DNA of 64,000 nt from Botryllus schlosseri (Eukaryota): contig CM119384.1 of NCBI GenBank assembly GCA_051294905.1, positions 6,820,001 through 6,884,000 on the forward strand, read 5' to 3'. Both the position numbers and the translations under genes were made by a program. The notes under the pieces are model-generated. The model made no database searches and was not told the DNA's origin. It was given only the letters and a program-made list of their open reading frames with translations. How positions within the stretch are numbered: position 1 is the first letter of the stretch; each line of letters opens with the position of its first letter. Of this stretch, positions 1-8,837 are shown in pieces.

Positions 1-219
1 CATGCCACACTTATGAATCGTTCTGTGTATTCCATATACTTTCAAGTTTTGTTGGCGATTTCGTGGAGTAGAATAAATCGAGCGTGACTTGCGCATGTCA
101 AATAATTGCATCCTTGAGTCGGATACTGAACCTGTTAAGATATTTCATTGAAAGCATAAATGATTGTTTGGGTGCCATGTCGAAATACAGCGACTTCTGC
201 AGATAAACTTCTGCACGAG

Positions 220-746
220 TAGGGCTGGGCAAAATCGAGTACCTGAGTGATTCGAATCTGAATCACGTAATATGCTTCGAGTCGAGTAATCGAGTATCAC
301 TCATTATGATGTCATAACAGAATGTAATATGTCAAAGTTCAAATATGTACCTTTTATGCGACCACAGAGAATATAATGCCTGTTATCAACCACGTTAAGA
401 TACTTTGGTATTTTTTCGACCTTACTGATTTCATTGCACTTTATGACAATGTTGTTGGATGATCATGATGTTGGAAATGTGCTATTTCCAGTAACGTTCG
501 TAGCTTTGTACTTTACGTTTCGTATGCTACGATACGGCCAATCAAGGTTTCAAGGCTTCAAGGCTTCAACTGTGAATATTAGTATCGAAACTGTAATTCT
601 CGCTGATAAATTAACTTTCAGTAGCGAGGAGCGTATAATTTCAGTACTCTAAAGAGTCATCCATTACTACTCGACTCGAATCATTAAAGTTAATACTCGA
701 ATACTCGATTCAAATTCGAGTACTCGAATCATTATGCCCAGCCCTA
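220..746. mobile_element. MITE with TAGGGCTGGGCA terminal inverted repeats and TACTCGA-rich ends
   Basis: tagggctgggcaaaatcgagtac ... gtactcgaatcattatgcccagcccta; flanks tgcacgag/gttacgag are a partial 8-bp TSD; related copy at 47917-50509. Confidence 0.8.
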
Positions 747-900
747 GTTACGAGGTCTATAGCGACGCGGTGTGCATCGCTTTGTCGCAGACAGGCGCTC
801 ATATTTCCAAAGCGTGTTTCTTTTGAGTAGGCGCCCAATTATTTCTACTCGGTACTTGAAATGTGTTTTTTCGTTGAATAGCTTTCCATATCTTTTGCAG

Positions 901-1052
901 GATATCTGAATATTTTGGGTTGGCATAAAAATCTTTCCGACTTCAGCGCTTTTGGCAACTTGAGGACCATCCGCGGCGTCCAACTTTTTCGCGGAGTTGC
1001 CGCGATTGTGATTCAGGACACCACCGCCGGCCGGCCGTATCACCTCGAATCG
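901..1052 (+). pseudogene. Paralog exon homologous to EGFR exon 11 (L2)
   Basis: GYLNILGWHKNLSDFSAFGNLRTIRGVQLFRGVAAIVIQDTTAGRPYHLES; same 152-nt length, 15 nt differences by hand count; flanking intron sequence also alignable. Confidence 0.93.
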
Positions 1053-1267
1053 GTACGTTTGCTTACGATTCAGCGAAAAAGACGTGTTATATTAGTTATT
1101 AGTACCGTTATCGACATCCCTGACCAGAAAGACCTGGTACTGGCATCAGATGGCAGCTTCCTAATCCTGACTATTTTGCCGCTGCCGAGTACCAGGCCTA
1201 AGATTTGCTAACGAAGTGCTGTTTCGTCCTGTAAATACGCATATACTGTCATGTGAACTTTTGTTAG

Positions 1268-1446
1268 GTCAAAGCTTTGGGATTTCGGTCATTGAAAACA
1301 ATCGAGCGTGGCAACGTCTACATTGGATACATGCGAAACCTCTGCTACCTGGAGACTGTAAATTGGACGAGAGTCTTGAAAAGCCCAATTACAGGGGGCC
1401 AGATTCGTATCCGGCGTGATGCTCCGAAACAACAAAAAATGTTACG
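1268..1446 (+). pseudogene. Paralog exon homologous to EGFR exon 12 (L2 end), +1 frameshift
   Basis: VKALGFRSLKTIERGNVYIGYMRNLCYLETVNWTRVLKSPITG/ARFVSGVMLRNNKKCY; 179 nt versus 178 nt. Confidence 0.9.
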
Positions 1447-2446
1447 GTACGAAACGAAAACAAAATCGGCTTGAATACTGTAACTTCATTCATGTTAAGT
1501 ACGTCAAAATGCATCGTATAACCTAATCAATCCCCTCTCAATTTGTGTTCGCCCATCCTAAATGTTCATCCTGGCCACGCCTATGGATACGTCGTCTTAC
1601 ACAAATGCAGGGCAGTGACCAGTTTGAAAAAATGTGGCCTACTAAATTCCAACCACAGAAGCCGTTAAAGTTTAACGTTTAATTAAGTTCCCACTGCGCA
1701 CTGAGGCTTCCTTTCAATTCTTCATAAAATTTGTCCTGTGATGGGGCTTGTGAAGTTTGAATTGGCGCAATTGTGTTGGAAAATTAGGGTCATCCACCTT
1801 CGAGTTTCTATTTGCTTTTCTTGGGCCGCGCTCAAACCATGAACGTATGACTTAGCATTTCTGGATTACCTGAACTACATCATCGCACCATCATTGGATT
1901 CCTTTATTATCTATGTTACGTTGACAACATTGGGGAGCAATCGTATAGAAACACCAAGGCTCATTAAACTTCCATCATCGAATTATGCCATGAAATACCA
2001 AACATTGGGGTGAGCTGCTTCAGACTTGAACACCAGTAGATTGCATGTGAAATTGGAGGTTGAGTATAGGCATAGATATAGATATATCATGTTATGATGG
2101 TAGTCATGGTGTGTTTTTATAATGAACATATCTGCAGATATGGTCAATGGCCCCACGCATACTACTAAATTACAGGCGTAATGTTGCCATATGCTACAGA
2201 TATAAAACAAAAAGTATTTATAGGGTTTATAAGGCAAGCCAAATTAGAAACGAAATGACAGAAAAAAATTTGAACTTCCACAAAAACGTAATTTGTCAAG
2301 ATACCTATAAAGCCCTGATAAACATACAATGTTTATCTCTGCAGTCAGCGCAGACTGGCATATACCGTTATTCAAAAAGAGCCGATTTCACAAATGTTCT
2401 CATTCTTTGAAGGTACTCTATTCATATTTTCTTTTTCTCTCAACAG

Positions 2447-2793
2447 GCGAGACATGTCATCCAGCCTGCGATGATGGTGGATGCTGGGGCCCGGGGGCCC
2501 GAGATTGCCTGAGTTGCGAGTACTTCACATTTGGAGATAAGTGTGTCCTGGAATGTGGCGAAGGTTTTTACCACAGTGGAACAGAATATCAACCTTGTGA
2601 TGAGCAATGTGACATCTGCTACGGCAGTGGAGCGGGTAATTGTCTCCGATTCAAAGACCTACGACTCCCCAACGGAAAATGCGGTGGTCCGTGCCCCGGC
2701 GAGATGTGCTTCGACGTCGGTACCGTCGAGTGCAGACCGTGCTTTGAATTGCTGAAAAAAGGATACAAACAAGAGAGCAACGTACTTCATTGA
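2447..2793 (+). pseudogene. Paralog terminal exon homologous to EGFR exon 13 (domain IV)
   Basis: aacag|(G)ETCHPACDDGGCWGPGARDCLSC...ECRPCFELLKKGYKQESNVLH*. Confidence 0.88.
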
Positions 2794-3213
2794 AAATAAT
2801 TGCTAAGTATCGAAAATCCTGATACAGTGTTCGAAGCTCTGAAATCGCATAAAACGTACTCTTGAAGTGTTCATACACTTTGTTGCTATTAAAGCGTTTG
2901 TGGGTTGTTGGGAAATGTGGATTGAGTTATGGATATGTACCGACGATGAAGTCTGTTTAAAGCAAGACTTAATCATTTTCCAGTGGTTTTCCGTACAAGT
3001 TATACCTTTAAATCTTCCCCAAATTATCTACAAGTAGATATGCAATTCATTCGTTTTCGATAAAGCTCATACACGAAATAATGAGTTCTACCTATTTGAG
3101 ATAGTTATTTCGAAGGCACCGGACCAGGCTCAATCAAGTCATCAGGGATAGTCGGACGTAGTTTGCATGAAATATCACTTTCATTATTGTACAGAAAAGA
3201 ATGTAAATATAAC

Positions 3214-3219
3214 AATAAA
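3214..3219 (+). terminator. Candidate polyadenylation signal of the upstream paralog
   Basis: AATAAA ~420 nt after the TGA at 2793 (ATTAAA also near 2889); such hexamers are common by chance in AT-rich DNA. Confidence 0.25.
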
Positions 3220-4514
3220 ATAGTTTACCGAGGTAAAGTCTGCGGCGGGTAATTCTAGAACTGAGAGTGCAAAAGAGAGAAAAAAGTATGCATCCGAGCT
3301 CAACTATTCAGGCGCGGCGACTCATTGAAATAATGGGGATGCTGCAAAAACAATCATTTGTGATTTTGGGGATCACACACACGAAATCGTACGAGATGTA
3401 GGCCTACGGGCTTTCTGCTTGCTTCGAAGACATGTTTTCTAACACTGACACATAGCGGATTTTACGGAAATGTTGATTACAGACCAGAGATGATGGCTGT
3501 CCGGTTCCTAATTTTGGAACGATATTTCCACGTTCTAAGATTTTCTTAGGCTAAATTATTTGGACATTAACGTGAAGACCCGTATTCATTATAACGCAAT
3601 CAAACGGATGGCTTGCACAGCTCGATTATAACCGGGTAGGTCTCAAATATTTGTAACGTTGCAAGCCCCATTGTGTTAATCGTGGAATATTTATTAGTAT
3701 CACTTTTAGAACTGTATTATTAGATAGTTATCGAGCCTGTACTCACAAGCTATTCACATTCATCCGAATTTCTAACTACCATCCGCCTGTAGTTGAAGAG
3801 CAAGTAATGATTATTTTATTTCTGAAAGAAACAATGTGAAGACAAATTCAGTACAGAGGTCAACATATCCACACATGTGTCATTCTCGTCGTACCGTGTC
3901 CAATGTGCATTGAGTATGTTCAAGCAATCAATTAATCAATAATTTTATTCGCAATGTCATCAGTTCAAAATACCAAAGGAATTGCGTTGCAATGAAAAGA
4001 TGGGAATGAATCGAAACGGCTTGCCGAAGTCCGTATTAATCCACAGCCGCCTTAGAAGCGATGTTGAAAGGAGACTCGTATCGAATGAGAAATGCAGAAA
4101 GCTACCATGGAAATTGACAAGCAGAGAACGCAACGAACAGGCATCAAGTACGATGTGCGGTTAAAGTCGATATGTCAAAAGCTTGGTCTGGCGATTTCAA
4201 ATGCAGCAGGCTATGGTATTGATCTAGACATCCCTGATATTGATTTATTAGAAAAAGTTGAAATTTTGGATTGGGAAAGATATACAAACTAGACTCCATA
4301 CTACTTGACCAGACTACTCCAGAACGGCCTGATAGCCGGCGCCAGGCGGAATATGGTTCCACACCAATCGAACTTAACTGAGCGTCGTGTTTATCGGCAA
4401 TTCACGTTGATTAGGTGGTGTACCTATTTGAAAGCCGAGAGCGCACGGGGGCGCACATTACGCAAGTGCGTTGTACTTCAGCTGATGATAGATACAGTAG
4501 AATTAGGTCATCAC

Positions 4515-4639
4515 CAATGTTCCCTCTAAGCTGCCGCGTACTGCTCACAAAGTCGTCGCGCACAAGAAAGCCGAAGTGATGACCTTTTTTTAGTCGTTAC
4601 GTACTGTTGTCCAACGGAACCACTCAGTCAGTTGGTGAG
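4515..4639. mobile_element. Truncated copy of the CAATGTTCCCTCTAA MITE (part of a 202-bp tandem duplication)
   Basis: Near-identical to 6299-6423; preceded by GTCATCAC at 4507-4514. Confidence 0.8.
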
Positions 4640-4716
4640 AGGACGCACGGGAGCGCACATTACGCAAGTGCGTTGCACTTCAGCTGATGATAGATACAGT
4701 AGAATTAGGTCATCAC

Positions 4717-6290
4717 CAGGCCTGTTTATTTTTGGATTTCTCCAAAAATAACAAAAATAGCTTAGTTTTGGATGTTTTCAAATTTTATTTTTGGAGAATC
4801 TCCAAAAATGAGAAATGAAGGTGTTTTTAGCCCTAATACTTCATAGAAAACTTCACCGAATATTTGTTATTATCATGTATTCATATTCTTCAACACATCG
4901 ACATCATCAGCGATCTTGATCTAACTTTCTAATACTTTCGTCACAAAGTCTTTGGCCTGGAGAATGCATTCCAAATAAATATCAGTGGGTGACGCCCGGT
5001 AGAGACCTTTCTCACAATTGATTTTCGAGAAATCAGCTTCGACCGTCGCAGTTGTGGGAAACATCGAGCCATGCGGGTCCAAAGAACTGACGCTCGTCAA
5101 TAATGCGCTTGAAAGTGACGTCCATTTTGCATCGGACAGACATGGATTGGAATTGGTCTTCGATATTCTGTATCTACCCACCCCGGTGTTTGTCGATCAA
5201 TTCACTGAGCTGCAAATAAAGTAACTTACATAATACATATATGTATCACTCTTGTTTATATTATTAGAATTTAAAAGAGCAAGAAGTGTTTGTTCTGTCC
5301 TGCCTTCGAGGTTGCACCACTTGGTGTGGTAGACAGGGCAGAACCCTTTCATTGTCGGCAACTTCAATTTTCTTTATGCCGTCGATGAGCCCTGCTATAA
5401 GGCTCCTGGCTGCCTTGAACGTGGACTGCTTCTCTTCTTCGCCGATATTCTCGAGAAGGTCGAGGACTGCACAGTGCACACTCTGATCCTCCACGAAATT
5501 GCGTGACTCAGTGAACTTGATAGCCCAGCACCCTCTGACCAGAGGACCTTCCTTGCCGCGGATGTCATTGTCCCAGTCCTCAGCTGGGCACCGAGCTCGA
5601 AGGCGTTCGACCAGGTGATGGAGGTCATCCTGATGCTCCACGATCAGATGGCCAAGTCTCTGAATCTTTGTGACGGTGGTGCTCACCTCTGTGGCCATGC
5701 GCTCGAGGACGATTAGTAGGATCCACTACTGCAGCGGAGGTGCACAGGCTGGACTTTTATCGTTTATAACCCCGAGGAGTTTGGTACGGTGTCTATAGTC
5801 AACCAAGTGGTAATCTTCTTAATTGACAACCAACATGTGTCTACAAACTTGGGGCACATACTTTTCTTTTCCTGGATCAAGTCCTGTTGCCGTTGGAGGT
5901 AGCCATTCAGTCCCATCATCGTGTGGACGAAGTTGTTGTTGTACAGGTGGCGATATTCGGCCTGCGTTACAAGGTCCCGCCCGCACCACACTCGCACGAT
6001 TTCATACCATGCCGCCTCTTTAACCCTTGTCGTGTCGCCTCTGTTCCTTCCAGTGAGTGGAAGTACTTTTAGCGTTTCGGAGACCCCCTCCCGCACACAC
6101 ATGCTGTTTTTGTGTGTGTTTGTGAGTTTCCTGGTTGTTTCAACAGTATTTACATTGCTCTGACTCGTGCATTTCACTAAAAAACTTGAAAAAACATCAT
6201 CCAAAAACAGCTTATTTTTGGATGTTTTCAAATCTTATTTTTGGAGAATCTCCAAAGGTAAAACCTAATATCCAAAAATAAACAGGCCTG
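4717..6290 (-). mobile_element. hAT DNA transposon, internally deleted, degenerate transposase on minus strand
   Basis: 21-bp TIR caggcctgtttatttttggat; perfect 8-bp TSD GTCATCAC (4709-4716, 6291-6298); subterminal ttttggagaatctccaaa palindromes; minus-strand fragments CPKFVDTCWLS (TRW-like motif) and FPTTATVEADFS (hAT catalytic-Glu/dimerization motif), broken by stops and frameshifts. Confidence 0.9.
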
Positions 6291-6298
6291 GTCATCAC

Positions 6299-6459
6299 CA
6301 ATGTTCCCTCTAAGATGCCGCGTACTGCTCACAAAGTCGTCGCGCACAAGAAAGCCGAAGTGATGACCTTTTTTTAGTCGTTGCGCACTGTTGTCCAACG
6401 GAACCACTCAGTCAGTTGGTGAGTGCGCGCAGACTCGTGAAAAATTAGAGGGAACATTG
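6299..6459. mobile_element. hAT-type MITE, 161 bp
   Basis: 15-bp TIR caatgttccctctaa / ttagagggaacattg; perfect 8-bp TSD GTCATCAC (6291-6298, 6460-6467). Confidence 0.9.
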
Positions 6460-6929
6460 GTCATCACAAATTTCCCAATAAGTAGCCTAATCCAACGTTT
6501 CGCTTAACACGCGTAAGCACCCTGGTCCCTTGTATATATTTCACGTTGATGCGCATTATAAATGACGGAAACTAAGGTTTCACTTTTAAAAGGGTAGGCT
6601 CGTGTAATGTGACACAGGCTCGTGTGACATTAGTTTGGACACTATGACGATATTCCCATGTAAATTACAAATGTCCGATAGTCGCTAGATGGTAGCCTGT
6701 TACTGATGGTGCAGGACGATTTCACTTTTTAAGAACAATAAATGTATTTCATTAATTATATATTAATTCATTTGTTAAGTTGCGTTGTTTTCATTTCTTT
6801 ACGACACATACGTCATAGGTAAGTACTAATTGTGCGTGCGTTAGATCCCAACACGTTACACGGCGACTCTGGATAGAACTTCATTTGCAAAAACATGATT
6901 GGCTACCAGAACATCTAAAATTTTTGATT

Positions 6930-7460
6930 CTTCTTGATCAATCGTTTTATTGAAATTTTCCACAGATCAAAACACCACAATATGTCGAACCGTTTGATGC
7001 TATTACGGTGGTCTGTAGGATTCTCTTCCCGGTTTTCAGAAGCTGCCTTGGGCGGCTTAGATATAATTAATATGGGATATTTTATTATTAATATGCATAA
7101 TTTGACGAGAAATATTCGTAGAAACATATTACAACTGTCTATGAATATTTGAGGTTATTGAGAGCCGTAAGGGCCACAACGAGGCCTTGACAATGATACG
7201 GAGAACCCGATGTTGTAGTTTCTGCACGGAGTCGATTGCATTCTTGCTCGTAGCTTTCGACCCAGTAATTCCGTATTGTAATAAAATCGACAGGGGGTTA
7301 CCAAATAGGCAGCACAAACTACATATACCTTCGATAATTGTGGCGTTGTCGATTGTAGGTGACTCTTCCAGGACATGTCCGGTTCCAATAACACCCCGAG
7401 GTATTGGGCATTTTCAGCGTTGGAAATCAGTTGAACAGCGATGATAACTCGCTCTTCCAA
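6930..7460 (-). mobile_element. Non-LTR retrotransposon (CR1/L2-like) ORF2 3' fragment
   Basis: Frameshifted peptides QYLGVLLEPDMSWKSHL and LQYGIT...IDSVQKLQHRVLRII match the post-RT region of LINE ORF2. Confidence 0.7.
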
Positions 7461-8790
7461 CTGCCAAGTAAAATAACAAGTGAAATAAAAGTTTGACTAA
7501 TTTGGCTATGTTCTAGAAGAGATAAAATGACAAGAGGTCACATCTTTTGCTCACGCGTATGCGACATTCACTGGTTTCTGGTGTGTATCACTACAAATGC
7601 CGTAGCCTAAATAACCAAAGTTAGAATGACATTTTATAGTCTAACAATCGCTAACAAGTTCGTGACGTGTAGTCAGGGAATTGAAGCAGATAATGCTGCA
7701 CACAGTCGCACATGCGAGCCACATGCTGAAATGACAGTCATAATTTCTTGATAATGTTTATGAAAGCACTTCATCACAGTAGTCGCCTACACTGCACATG
7801 TGACGTATTAGCCATTAAAATACATTTGTTCGTAATCCCTTTGCTGATTGCTTTGGTTAGTCAGTCAGCCAGTCATTCAGTCTGGCGCAGTCCTGAGAGC
7901 ACTGTAAACCACGTATTTTGTTATTCAATGTGACCTACCATACAGAAAATTTCTGCAAGGTAAGATTGGAAACCTGATGAATGAGAAACGAACATGTAAG
8001 AACGAAATGGTTATCTAATACGGAAGAGTAAAACTGAACTTGCGTAACTACAAAAATCAAAATTGTGAAAGATAACTATACAACAACACTGTTATCGGAT
8101 ATATTCACGTAAAAGAAATTAAAATCATTTAACCATCCAAAACGTTGATGACCAATTTTGGCATTCGTTCAACCTTCAAAATCTCAAGACAACGCGACTA
8201 TTTGTGAATGCGCTTTGAACTAGATATTCTGCAGTACATGAGGACCGCCCGGTAGTTCGACGTGCTTGAGCGAATGTTCGGCACCATCAGATTTCCGAGG
8301 TCATGGTCACAGGTTTGCCTCATTTCTGTATCTACTTCCTATCTACTTCGGTATTTGTATTTATTTCCACCTATCACGCAAAATTTGCCTCGTCAAAATG
8401 CCATAATACCCCTTCCGACTAGCTACGAGAGAACTTGCCCAGCTCTCGTCTCTCGAGTGTCTCGAAATTTTTGTCCCGGAGCTGCGGTATGTTTTAGTCG
8501 ATTCAGTTGCCTCGCGGCCGATGGTACTTATCGCGGAGCGAATCGTATTGTTGTGGAAGTTATAGTTAGCGAAGGGCAAAAATCATAGCTTTATGTTGCA
8601 CTGACTGTGCCAAACTTTACTTCGTCAGTTCAAGATAACGGGGCATAATTGCTACAGGATTGATCGTGTCTTCTCAATTATTTATGCACAGTTATTGCGT
8701 TTCTAACTACAACTATTTCGGGTCAATGTCGGTGATGTATACGTAATTTTCGGATTATATCACAGCGGTAGCTGGGCCTGCTTCGAATGC

Positions 8791-8837
8791 AGCTCATAGG
8801 TAGCTCGGCTAGGTAGCTCGGCTAGGTAGCTCATAGG
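8791..8837. repeat. Short tandem repeat of AGGTAGCTC-containing 11-13 bp units
   Basis: agctcataggtagctcggctaggtagctcggctaggtagctcatagg. Confidence 0.85.

Larger units (their letters stand above)
901..2793 (+). pseudogene. 3' end of a tandem EGFR-like paralog (homologs of exons 11, 12, 13); truncated soluble ectodomain or pseudogene
   Basis: Three GT-AG exons (901-1052, 1268-1446, 2447-2793) collinear with 46985-47136, 47597-47774 and 50663-51002. There is a +1 frameshift at 1394-1398 and a TGA at 2791-2793. No TM or kinase exon was found downstream before the main gene. Functional status is unresolved. Confidence 0.7.

Noticed and set aside
1620-2050. Possible RTE-type endonuclease remnant on the minus strand (APIQTSQAPSQDKFYEEL)
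   Set aside because: Only one short motif is recognisable amid stops; too degenerate to call without a search.
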